64,000 nt of DNA from Haliotis rufescens (Eukaryota). A model generated the notes under the pieces. The model was not told where the DNA came from. It did no database searches and saw only the letters and a list, made by a program, of their open reading frames with translations. Location: assembly GCF_023055435.1 (NCBI RefSeq), contig NW_025964334.1, forward strand, positions 32,550,001 through 32,614,000, given 5' to 3'. Each line of letters opens with the position of its first letter. The stretch's first letter is position 1. A program made the position numbers and the translations under genes. Shown one piece after another: positions 38,902-51,590 of this stretch.

Positions 38902-40539
38902 CCCAACGAATTTATCTTACCGGCATATTTTGGGTACGGATTGTCCAGTCTATTACCGTTATGTTTCTTAAAACACGAAGAGCCTAAAACGCGCCAGTTT
39001 CGTGGCAATATCGAACACTCGTCCATTACAACATCTTCAAGCACTTACTGAATTCGAACATAAATTACCCATGTTGGAATTGACCGGGGCCTTCGCCCGA
39101 CCGGTGTACTCGACAGGAATAGGTAAAGTGATGAGTCAATGACGGCGTACTCGTAATGCAGTATCCACATTCGTCCTTCAGCACTTGAAACATAAATTTC
39201 ATATTATTATTTCAATTTAATATTTTCCGTATTCACTCGTACCTCGTGGGTTATTCTATAAGTATTATAAGTACCCTTTTACAACAGTGATGGCAATGCC
39301 AAACGTGTTGGCAGCATGTAAGTGGCCTTGCCAGACTTGCATGTTATCTGTCAGAGTACACGAAAAACCTTGTGTTAAATCAAAAGCAAAGGAACGTCAT
39401 TTTTTCAAGTTATTTTGTTCTTAATACAAAATGTTCTTTTGTCTTTCGCATTGAGGCAAGTGCTTTGTCTACAGACTGCGTTAATACCCCCTTCCTAAAC
39501 TTCCCTCTTCAGCCTTCTCAAATTTGATCATCTGTCATCAGGGCGATTTCTGTGTCACCCCGACCTACACCGCCCACCCAGCTCCCCCTAAATCCAACGC
39601 CAATGCCCCTCCCCGCACCTCCGCTTCGCGCCAACGCATACCCTCCCGCTTCTACATACACAGACTGAGTGAACATCGGACTCAGGTAAAGAATATAACC
39701 TCTCGAGAAACGACTTTGTGATCATTGCTCTGTCGTTGAGGACGAGTTACACTGTTTAATGCCACGCGGTAAGCATAAGGAAGATGGTCCACGTTTAATA
39801 TGAGTGTTCTGGGAAAATATAGACGACAAAATTCATTTCATTAATCATCGTGTTTATCAAATAATGATGATACCAGGTGTTCGCGAAAAGGTCAGCGTAT
39901 CCTGTCCCACTTATGGTACTCGTCACAAACACATGCAAAAGACAAGTCAACTGTTCACCTGAGAAAATACAACATGTGGTTCAAGATAAAACAGGGAATT
40001 GCATTGGATATAATTTTTGTCATAGGTGCGTTAAATAGCAAACTGTCTTCCACATATCCACTATATAACATTTTGAAAGTTTTACTGAGGCATTGCATGT
40101 TGTAACCCTGATCTAGCACCTTTTTGAACAAGAGTTGTATGACGCTGTTTGAATATTCATAGAAAGAGCATGCCCGACAACAACACCCGATTATCCTATA
40201 TACTATGTCATGGGATAGCGAAATTGTGTGTCAAGTTAGAGGTAGGAATGATGCAGGCACTGACGTCATAGGAGCAGTGGTCGCGAATGGATCGAGGGTA
40301 TTTATCATAATAGAATGGAGATGTGACTCTTGGATAATTGAGAATGGTGTGAAACTGGGACACTGTATCTGCGTATTTGGTTAATCGGTTTGTGTATTAA
40401 AGTATGTTAACACTGTTGCACAATAGAGTGTAAATGCGAAAAAAGACCGATCGAGTCCTTTTCATCCCATCTGCTCCCCATCCTCATCCCCTCACCAAAA
40501 ACACCAACCCCCAACCCCAACGCACCCTACCCCCTTTTA

Positions 40540-40706
40540 GGGGCTGTCGGGTAGCCTAGTGGTTAAAGCGTTCGCTTGTCACGCCGAAGACCCGGGTTCG
40601 ATTCCCGACATGGGTACAATGAGTGAAGCCCATTTCTGGTGTCCCCCGTCGTGATATTGCTGGAATATTGCTAAAGGCGGCGTAAAACCACATTCACTCA
40701 CTCACT
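40540..40706 (+). mobile_element. SINE family A, full length
   Basis: A and B boxes, family body and (ACTC)n tail. Confidence 0.95.
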
Positions 40707-40723
40707 CTTCCCTTTTTATCAAC

Positions 40724-41040
40724 ACGGCCTCCGTGGTCCATATAGTGGGTAGAACGTCTGCCTGGACAGCAGAAGGTCGGGGCCCTGTCATACCACAAGA
40801 GGTACAAGTTGGTACTTGCTGTTACCCTGTCTGACGCTCGTCATTCAGGGCAGAAAGTAAGGCCTGGTCGGCTCGGAGTCAGTACACTGTGTCTGAGTGG
40901 GATATTCATCTTAAACTGCGGCATGGTATCCCAGATAGTCCGGATAGTACAAGCAGCCACAGTCGTACACACGCACGCACCCACGCACCCACCCACGCAC
41001 GCACGCATTAAACTCGAACTCACCTCTCTTTATCCCTCAC
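40724..41040 (+). mobile_element. SINE family C, diverged
   Basis: ctggtcggctcggagtcagtacactgtgtctgagtgg and other family segments. Confidence 0.85.
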
Positions 41041-41946
41041 TCCACTCTATTTGAGCTCGTACATCCATAAACTGCCTCCCAGACCATAGAGAATAAATTT
41101 AAAAAAGAGGCTAGAGCGATTTGACAAGTCTAGATTGCCTCAGCTGAAATTAAGGATTGTTCTGGCTCCATTTGGATTGTATTTTTTTAATTTGTAAAGC
41201 TATATTTTTAAATAAGATAACATTATTAGTGGGACTAAATATCAGTTTTGTACAGCCCGATAGGTACAAATAAACAAACAAACAAAACATCACTCCAAAC
41301 CCCAAGCAACCCCTCTCTCTCCCCCCCCCCCCTCTCTCCCCCCCCCCCCCCCCCCCTCTCTCTCATCACACCCACCAGTCTGTTCGGTAACAGTCCTCTA
41401 TTACCAATGCCCTCTTAACCCGCCCTTTATCATACAAAACAATTTCCGTTGTGTGAGATGTGTCCCAACAGCCTGCCTCCTCTGTCTTGTGTCAGACTGA
41501 ACCTGCCTGGGGAATTACCTGTCCACTACGGCTGTGACTCCTCGCCCCATTAAGTCCGTATTTCCGTCTTAAGGCAGGGCAGGGTTACATGCATACAATA
41601 AATTTAACACATAAAAAATTATTTCTTGTTAAATTTTTAAAGTTGGACAGTTAAAGGGTGTTATTAAACGTGATAAATTGACACTGCCTGTCGAAAAAAT
41701 ATGATGGTCAACACCAGATAAGGACTTGACACACAATTCGTGGGACTGACGTACTAACAGGTCGCATTGAGTGACAAAAAGACGAATTGAAGATAGTTAC
41801 AGGAAGAGTAATTATTCTTAAATAACGATTTGTTTGGACAGTTTCCTGTGCAAGGGCGGGTGTTTTGTAACGAATAACCTTTTTTTCTTAAAAGAGGTGA
41901 AAGCTTAATCATATCTTTACAAGTGAAGTGCATTGTGGTGGCTTCT

Positions 41947-42178
41947 AAACTCCGGGCAAAAGAAAGTTTACATTTGAAATTGGATTTCACCACACATTTA
42001 ATAACGTTTTCAAAACGTTACCGGGGGGAATCAGTCGCCGAAACACTGCAAACATAAGGTCAAAAATACAACTATGATACCCGTGTCAAATACATCACCA
42101 TCGAATAACCATTTCTTGTTTGTTTCATGTTTAGCCACCATCAAACATGGGTGTATACTTTCTTTTGCCCGACAGTTA
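41947..42178 (-). mobile_element. MITE family E, complete
   Basis: TIRs aactccgggcaaaagaaagtttacat / gtgtatactttcttttgcccgacagtt. Confidence 0.85.
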
Positions 42179-44719
42179 AGAATCCCAAATCTTTGACCTC
42201 CCCATCCCCTATTATCTTGGTTAATATATCTTCATTCTTATATGATAAATGTCATGAAAGAATTGAGATATAATACGCTTAATATAATATACACAAATGA
42301 AAATTGGGAAAATGATAAATATAATTATAGAGATTTGTAAAGCGCGCATTCGCACCTGGCATATCGCTCTGTTATTCTTGCTATATCGCGACGGTCCTAT
42401 TTGTTGGACATGCGTATGAAATCGGCATATTCTCGGGTTCGGGTAACAGGAAAGTGTCAAAGATTATTATTTTCATATGATTGAATGTTCTCCGTGTCGG
42501 AAACATCTTTGTTTATTAAATAGACGTCAACTGCGAACGATCTATTGACTGGAGAGGAATATCTATCAGCAACGTCAAACTCGCTTCGGTTCATTCAATT
42601 TCCACCTGACTGTTTAAATAACCAGATAATACATTTCAACAGAATTTCCCTGAGATATTCTTTGCAAGGAGCGTGTCACTAGTCCCTTCATTCGGCGTGT
42701 CAAACCAGATCAATCATTTAAAAATACATTTGCAGTCTTCATAACGGTAAACCATTTGACGTTGGAGAGTCTGCGGGAGATTGATCGGGAAATAGTGCAC
42801 ATGACACTCGCAGGGACTAACGGTAACACAAAACTAAAAAAATAAGCGGTCAAAAACACATTATTGTTATTATTGTTGTTAAAGTAGCAGCACGGCCGCC
42901 CGCTGTGTTTTTTAATTGAATCGATTCACCTCCGAAGTCGGGCTCTCTCGCTTCCTGTTAATTATCAACATGAAGTGGGAGGGTGGACGTGAATGGCGAT
43001 TTAAATGTACAATGTCCGTCAGATGGTGGTCACTTATTGTTTCTCGGTCTCACACGTGCCAAAGTTTTCTGATTCATTAAAAATGTCACATGTTTGAATA
43101 CCGGACAATTAGTACCTTTCGGGTGTTAATTCCAATGTTTGTGCATTCGGGAACCCTCGAGTATTTATTCAGACTGTACAGAAGGGATCTTTTCATTCTC
43201 GGTATATATTGTGCTCGGACATGCTAACGTAGCGTTTATGACTGTCGATGGCCGTAGCTATGTATGCGGGACCCTCGGGCGTGTAAAACCAGTGTGTGTA
43301 TTCTCGAGGATTTCACCCCGATTTATTTAGCCTATATAGACAGGGTCCCCCTATTTCAATTGTCAACCACAACATAAATTGGGCGTTCAATAATTGACCA
43401 CCCTCCACTGTTGTAGGCTGGACCGTATCTCCGAAACGGTATAATTGCCAAAAGCAACATTTATGAAGGTTTTATTGTCCCCAAATCTGCGCCATATTTC
43501 CTCGTCTCCTCCCCTTCCTCTTAACATTTATTATTCTTTAATATCAATCATTTCAAACAGCAGTCGAATTATGACAAGGAGCGCCAAAGAGCCCCGCGAT
43601 ATAAAACAGACCTGCTACTAAGGGTCAGTTTTTTTCTATATGCCTCCGCTTTTCATTGTTGCTGGTTTTAATGGTCATTTCCCCACTGACCATGCACGCT
43701 TTATGGTCAGCTCTGGACATGCGGACGGGGATAAAATGGGGATTAAGACATTTGGTTGTGGTCAAAGCATGTTTGGCAATATTTTTCATATAAAACGTTG
43801 CTTTGAAAGTTTCCATCTGTCAGATCTTCTGGGGTTTTCAAAGACTGTTATTAATGAGTTGTCACGAATATAGTTTTCTGTTTCGCTGCAGGCATATTGT
43901 AGGATTAGCAATTTTTATGGTCGATTTTGAGATTTGTATTGCCAGTATAAGGAACAATACCCCTAAGACCGTTTTGGTAACAGTGGCAGATTAAAGGCTA
44001 CACAATTATTTACAGATCGATCTGAAAATGGCTCAATTCATCAACGACCTTTCGTCCATGAGGGTATAATTTTGTGAAAAGGTGAATTTGTGTGTATATC
44101 TCAACTGATAACAAATGGTCGTTCTTCTTGTATAGATGTATATTCAAAGCAGTAGGACAGGTATACACACAGTATAGTTTGTACAATGGCTACTAATACA
44201 ACTGATTGATGAGGAGGCAGAAAGGACGAGATATTTCTTGTAGGCTGTCTCACCTCTGGAGAAAACACATATCTGGAGAGAATCGGGAGAGTCACGAAAG
44301 GAAAAACAATTACAATGATGAAAAGGGGTACGTATACAACTAATATTATGGTTTCGCACAGTGGCATTATAAAACTTACAGTTGTATCTAATTTACAAAA
44401 GATGAGGGTGTAGTTTTAATAAAAGACGTATTCAGATGTATTATAAATAGTTTGTAGATTAAATTGAAGGAACAACCTCATTAAAAACAGATCTTACTTC
44501 TTGCTATCGCTGAACTAAGATCTTAGGACATAACATTAATGATATTTATTGAAAAACACTTTACTTGTACTGCGTTGATATCATTCTGAAAATCTTTACA
44601 TAATGCCAAGGAACATATTTTATATACGTTTTATAGTTTTCTTCATTTTTCTTATGTTTTACGAAAGAACGAATGATGAATGATTAAATGATGAAACGGA
44701 CCGTGTATCCAAGGTAACC

Positions 44720-45660
44720 AGTACGAATGTTTCCCAATGGCGACACACGTTTCTTCCATACGAATGCTTCACGATGATGAAATATGTTTCTTCAATACGA
44801 ATGCTTCACACTGATGAAATATGTTTTTTTTCAATACGAATGCTTCACGATGATGGAATATGTTTCTTCAATACGAATGCTTCACAATGATGAAATATGG
44901 GTTTTTTTCAATACGAATGCTTCACATAGCGACACACGTTTCTTCCATACGAATTCTTCACGATGATGAAATATGTTTCTTCAATACAAATTTCCACACT
45001 GATGAAATATGGTTTTTTTCAATACGAATGCTTCACACTGATGAAATACGTTTCTTCAATACGGATGCTTCACGATGATGGAATGTGTTTCTTCAATACG
45101 AATGCTTCACAATGATGAAATATGGGTTTTTTTCAATACGAATGCTTCACAATGATGAAATACGTTTCTTCAATACGAATTCTTCACGATGATGAAATAT
45201 GTTTCTTCAATACGAATGCTTCACAGCGATGATATATGTTTTTTTCAATACGAACGCTTCACAATGATGAAATATGTTTCTTCAATACGAATGCTTCACA
45301 GTGATGAATCACGTTTCAACAATGCGAATGCTTCACAATGATGAAATATGTTTTTTTTAATACGACTGGTTCACAATGATGAAATACATTTGTTTTTACG
45401 AATGCTTCACAGTGATGAATCGGGGTTTTTTTTAATAAGAATGCTTCGCAATGATGAAATACGTTTTTTTTTAATACGAATGCTTCACAGTGATGAATCA
45501 CGTTTCTTCCATACGAATGCTTCATAATGATGAAATACTTTTCTCCAATGCGAACGCTTCATAATGATGAAATATGTTTTTTCAATACGAATGGTTCACA
45601 ATGACGACATACATTCCTTCAAAGGGAATGCGTCATAATGAATTAAAATCTTTTCTTCAA
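44720..45660. repeat. 37-39-bp minisatellite, about 25 copies
   Basis: Unit aatacgaatgcttcacaatgatgaaatatgtttcttc; length varies in the T-tract. Confidence 0.97.
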
Positions 45661-45815
45661 TGTTTGTTTGTTTGTTATTTAACGCCGCACTCGGCAATAT
45701 TAAAGCTATATGACGGCGGTCTGTGAATAAACTAGTCTGGACCAGACAATCCAGTGATTGATATCATGAACATCGATCCACGCAATTGGGATCGATGACA
45801 TGCTTCAACCAAGTG
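45661..45815 (-). mobile_element. SINE-B 3' part (5'-truncated)
   Basis: Family match. Confidence 0.9.
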
Positions 45816-46485
45816 AATACTTTGGCGTGATCAAAGAAATGTATATTTCATAGGAATGGTTTTGATATAAATCTATAAATGACTATGTTTCTTTAATGCG
45901 CATAGTTTACAATGATGAAATCGCTTTCTTCAGTATAAATGCCTAATACAGCAGAAAGGAATATTTCAAAACGAATGCTTTGTTAAGCTCAATGCAAAGA
46001 TGTTAACGATGGGTGCATTAAGCCCATATGTTTACAATTACGTGGCAATGAGTTTACAAGCTATAAATGTAAAAGTGTCAGTTGGGATAAGCTTGCATCA
46101 TGGGATGTTTCGTGCCATGTCATAATTAGTTCCATACCGTTAATTACCTAATTATTGTGCCACTAACCATGTCATACGCTGTTTGTTTAGATTGACCAGG
46201 TTTGGATTATTAACACCTGTTCAGCAGTGACAGATGAGGTCGTGCATTTCGTGGTGCAGTTGTGATGGTGTTGTGATCTTCAATCTTGCAGTCATACTTC
46301 TTACTTTAGTTGGACATCATCATCACCACCACCATCATCATCATAACATACGATTAGGTAGCGCTGTTTAGTCCATATACATGTATGGTAACGATTTGAG
46401 TACGGGTTTCACGCGGCTTTAAGCAATAACTACAATAATAAAATGTTAATAATTATATACGTGCCTTGCTCTAACAGATAAAGGT

Positions 46486-46735
46486 GACCCGTGAAGATCC
46501 GAGGTAGACTAGGTCTTCAGTAACCCATGCTTGCCCTAAAAGGCGACTATGCTTGTTGTAAGAGGCGACTGATGGGATCGGGTGGTCAGGCTCGCTGACT
46601 TGGTCATCGTATTGGGTCATCGTATCCCAATTGCGGAAATCGATGCTCATGATGTCAATTACTGAATTGTCTGGTCAAGATTCGTTTATTTACAGACCGT
46701 CGTCATATAGCTGCAATATGGCTCAAACAAAAAAT
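46486..46735 (+). mobile_element. SINE family B, full length
   Basis: Starts gacccgtgaagatcc; belongs to the duplicated-hairpin subfamily. Confidence 0.92.
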
Positions 46736-48643
46736 CAAAGCAGCACTAAACCCACCTCACTCAATCACTCACACTTACAAACATGCGATTAGGTTGCGAG
46801 CGCCGTTTTAGTCCATATATGATGAAGAGTTTAGTTTGAGTTTCACTACAATAATAAAATGTTTATAATCATTTAGTGTCTTGCTCTAACAGACATAGGT
46901 GTAGACTTTCACACAGATCCTGAAATCAAAATATCAAAGTATTCCAACAATCTTCAATATCTTGACAAATCTAAATTACTTCAGTTCCAGGAAGTGATGC
47001 TTTCGGTCCTATTATATGTTATAAGACAATATAACATACAAAAATCCTTTACATATTTTCATTTATGATAAAATGAAGATACGCTGGGCTCCATTTTTTC
47101 ATAGATTAAAAGAATATCGTTTATATTTCATTTCAGGGACTAAATGTTGATCTGACCAGGGCCAAACAACATGTATGTCACCACGAACAGTATGACATTT
47201 TGCTTTAGCTACCTAATTAGTGTGCCACTAACCATGGCATGCGCTGTTAGTTTAGATGCAACAGATGTGTATAATTATAATTCGTACGTGATGTCAATGC
47301 CAAATAGTAGTTGCACGTGTTTTTCATGTCATGTCGTCGTCACACGTGTTCTTCATGCCATATGGTAGGCGCGTGTGTTCGTCGGGCCATCTCGTAGTCA
47401 ACCATTAACAATCTGTTTGAAATCAGCCTTAATTATAACAAATATCTCAATCTCTTAAAACATTGAAAATAACGATGTGTTGAAATTGACTAATTGGCTG
47501 TAATTATTGTAATACTCACGTATTAATAATCATTTATATTTACGTGAATTCAATCATTACAGTTGCATGTGATAATTGACAATGTAAAATAAACAATCTG
47601 TTTATACCACGGGAGCTATCTTTAATATTTTAGATATTAAAAAGGTCTAAAATCATGGGACTTTTTAGTTTGAAAATATTGTTGAAATAAAGTAAAAATG
47701 TAATAAAAGAAGAGATGAAGGGCTGGGTCATAAAAAGTGACACATTTTCAATAACAAAAATATAAGTTTGAACATTATTTAGGGACTGATCATGTATTAT
47801 TGGGAGGCAAGGGGTCATGACAAAAGGTTTTATGTATGGAAGGGCATACAAACATGTAACATTTAAAAAGGGGAAATCGGCAAAATATGATTCAGTCAAA
47901 AGATCAATCCCACCCAAAATAAATTCAAGACTAGCTGCAGGCCTAAATATTCATCCCACTATTTGCGAATCGCAAAATGAACGTCTGTGTTTCCCTTACG
48001 TGTCTGTCAAGTACCGTATTGCTAAAGGAAGGAAACGTCTTAATATCCGGCGCATGAAGCTTATTTTGGTGTATATTCCTAACAAAACATTTTGAAAATT
48101 TACCCCTAAAATCCGTCTCTTTGATCTTTATCTTAATATAAACATTTTTCAGCTTGCAATATTTTCTGTGTTGGAGTGATAACATGTTTATTTGTGCCTC
48201 GTTTATGAACTGTGAAGCTACTCGACAGTAGCCATTTGTATTCCCGCTCCGTTTATTTATTGATCCCATGCCCTGTGTGAAATGAAATATGTTAACACCA
48301 CGAGACCACGTGAAGCGTCCACAAATAAACAAACTGACCACTGAAGGATTAGTGGGCGCAATTCCGCACACGGTGGGTAAGCGGAGACGGTCATCTTGAC
48401 ACTGGTCATTTGGATGCTGAAACTGCAGCTGAGATGAAAGGGGTTCTTGGACTATCATATTGCAAACTATTCCGTCTCTTTATATATAAAAACTTAATAA
48501 TATCGTATATCATAAACAGCACAAATTATGTTATTATGTGGGATTTTATCATTCCTATGGCTCGAGACACATCAATGGCGGTTAAATGACGTTGACCCAT
48601 GTCTCAAGTCTTTCTGATAAAATTGCCCGAACTCTCTCAACTG

Positions 48644-48810
48644 TGGGTTCGAATCCCAGTTACGTCCTGGTGATGGTTCTAGGTTTGTCTGCATCAAATC
48701 GTACTCGTTGGTTCCACTAAAGTGGTAAATCGTGAAAGACCTTCATCACTTCGGGCTTTACTTCCAATTACAGCTGACGTCGTGAAAACGGCGTAAGACC
48801 TAACTCACTC
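48644..48810 (+). mobile_element. SINE-D, degraded
   Basis: tgggttcgaatccc...ttctaggtttgtc...catcacttcgggcttt. Confidence 0.75.
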
Positions 48811-49213
48811 ATGTTATTCTCTCGGGCGCTATTTCTAGCAACAAGTAATAACTCTACACGTTTTTTGACGGAAGAATGATAATTTATTCTCATTGATCAC
48901 GGAATGTAAAATACCACAACAATCGCAAACAACAACTTGTATTTTAAACAGGTAAATACAAAAAAAGCCCTCTCGATCGTCCAACGAAACAGAATTCACA
49001 GGACGTGAAAAGGCAAACCAGCGGTGAAAATTATATGAATGGATCACTGAAAAACAGGGATGACACAGATGTACGTGAGAATGGTAAGTATGTCCTTCCC
49101 TACCTGTTATTGGGATGTAGTTGTCATCCGAATGGACGAAACTAAACTTGTAAGTTATTATTTTAAACAAAAAGATCATATGCAATGGACTCAATTAAGG
49201 AATTTCTCGAGCT

Positions 49214-49410
49214 TTAACTGCCGTACAAAAGAAAGCATACACTTTAAAATGGGGATTTGACCATAAAATTTCAAACGTTATCAAAACGTTATCAGGTTAA
49301 ACCAATCGCTGAAACACTGCAAATATAATGTCCAAAACACAACAATGACGCAAGTATCAAATACATCACCATCGAGTAACTTCTTTTCTTTCATTTTAGT
49401 CACATGGGTG
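49214..49410 (-). mobile_element. MITE family E
   Basis: Family match. Further copies lie at about 50605-50752, 52495-52692, 54650-54743 and 59375-59570. Confidence 0.75.
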
Positions 49411-51060
49411 TTTTCGGATTAATAACAAGTTCAACAAGAGACTTCATTTTTTAATTTCATTTCTTTAAGAAAAGAAATAGTCCTGACCCTGGAATTTCAA
49501 ATGTTGTATGCATCGACATCAATGAAATCAATGAATGGACCAGGTAAATCCAATCATTACACGATGATTTGACTTTAGTGAAATATTTCTTTTACAATAA
49601 TGACAAGTTACCCGAAACTTTTCATTTATTCTGCATTATAGTTAGCTTCTCTGTCATTTCAAATCCATTAAAACACTATTGCCGTTGGGGATCTTTTTTT
49701 AATTTTCAGAAACACGATTCCGCTTTATTACCGACCGGACTTTTCGCAGCCGCACTGTCCACATCCAGCCGGTCACGTGACCCAGCGGGCGTTCTTCTTG
49801 ACCAGTAACCACTGGTCAGTCCAGGTGTATCATCACGAATTAATCATCTATTGTTGTCGTGTCCTTTGATCTTAATCGCCGTGTTTTGACCAGGTAAAAC
49901 AGCAATATTTTCAAGGGGTGCAAATAGCACCGTGAGCTCTTGGGACGCCGATTTAGTCTTACAACTATTCCACTGTTCCCCGCCGAGTTAATCCCTAAGT
50001 TAAATAGGCATTGTTAATCTTTTTGATCATGCCGACTTCAAGTGAATTTACCTCTAAAGGCAATATGAAGTAGCGGTAAAGATATTATTTTTCAAAATGA
50101 GAGTTTCAAAGAATGTAATTTTCTTTCATTATTTGTTGTCTTTGAAACTATTTGACCGTTTAATTCATGAAAGGGCGGGTGGAAAATTCGTGAACTTTGG
50201 GTAAATATTTTAAATTGCAGTCATTTAGATGCTAGAATATTATTAGCTTTTCTTGGTTACCATAGATACAATGCAGCTGGCTGTAGCAATTTTGTTTTCA
50301 AACGTTACAGTGCCTGTGCCGTTGTTTGTCTTATTTGGAATAACAATTGGTTCAAAAGTTGAGAATGTGTTCAGATAGGCAACATGTAAAATAAATCTTT
50401 GCTGAAACGAAATACAAACACATCATTGTATTTAAAGAATGCGCCCTAATGCCAGCCTAAGTCAGATCTATGGTTTAGAAAGCACAATATATGAGTATAG
50501 GAGATATTTTGCCTTTCTAGAAATTCAAAATATCAAATTGAGAAAAGTGCTTATCATATCAACTAGAAGAGTTTCTATAGTTAAATAAACATTTAGCACC
50601 TTTATAAACAGCCTGGCAAAAGAAAATACAAACTTGAAAACTGGATTTGACCAAAACATTACAAACGTTATCAAATCGTTACAAGGCTGAAGACAGTGAC
50701 CGAAACACTACAAACTTAAGGTCAACTAAGATCAAGCTATGACCCGTATCAATACGATAGTTTTCAAAACATTTTTGTCGCTTTGAAAAATATAAGTGAT
50801 AAGGTAACTTTTAAACTCGCCCATATATTTCACTCCATCATAAATTGAACCCATAACGCTTCGCGTACACGCCCCTGTATTAACCCCTACAAGATTGTAC
50901 ATATACCAAATACAATGTAAATATTGTTGAAGGTGAATGCCGTTTAAAGTTTTATTTTAAGTAAATACTGGCCCATTGTATGTATGTTTGACCCATGTTT
51001 TATGCATGCAGCTATGTCAATTGTTCGATAAGCATTACTTAGAAGTTGACGGATGACAAG

Positions 51061-51190
51061 GTAGACACAATTTTATGGATAACAACTTCTTTAATAATGT
51101 AAAAAGCGACGTTTTGGTAGAGGCGTTTCTATACAGAAACGTCGCTTTTTACAGTATAAAAGAAGTTGTTATCCATACAATTGTGTCTAC
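51061..51190. repeat. 130-bp near-perfect fold-back (probable MITE)
   Basis: Arms of about 54 bp with about 3 mismatches, starting gtagacacaatt and ending aattgtgtctac. Confidence 0.9.
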
Positions 51191-51403
51191 ATTGTATGCA
51201 GCTATTTCCATGAGTCGATATATGTTTGTGTGTGTTATTATATTTTCTCATTACTTGTAATTCCTATGCACTGTACATTTATTCTGCACCACCGAATTCA
51301 CATACCACAATGTAATGAAATGTATATAGGAGAAGGCCTCGTAAGTGTGTCACTTGTGCCTAATCCATTTGGTTTTCCGCAATAAAATATGTTTAAATCA
51401 AAA

Positions 51404-51590
51404 GTCTGTAAATATTTGAGTCTGGACTAGACACTCCAGTGATCTGCATCATGAACATCGATCTGAGCATTTGGGATACGATGACACGAATCAGCCAAGT
51501 CAGCGAGCCTGACCACCCGATCCCGTTACTCGCCTCTTACTACAAGAATGGGTTGCAGAAGACAATTTCTAACCCTGATCTTCACGAGGT
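51404..51590 (-). mobile_element. SINE family B, single-hairpin subfamily
   Basis: Family match lacking the 22-bp duplication. Confidence 0.85.

Noticed and set aside
44720-45660. Tandem box C/D snoRNA cluster (ATGATGA in most units)
   Set aside because: Units are only 37-39 bp, lack a consistent box D CTGA and terminal stems, and have no unique guide regions.
46486-46590. Assignment of the SINE-B head to a known HDV, twister, pistol or hammerhead ribozyme class
   Set aside because: I could not fit the required helices or conserved cores; it is kept only as an unclassified structured-RNA candidate.
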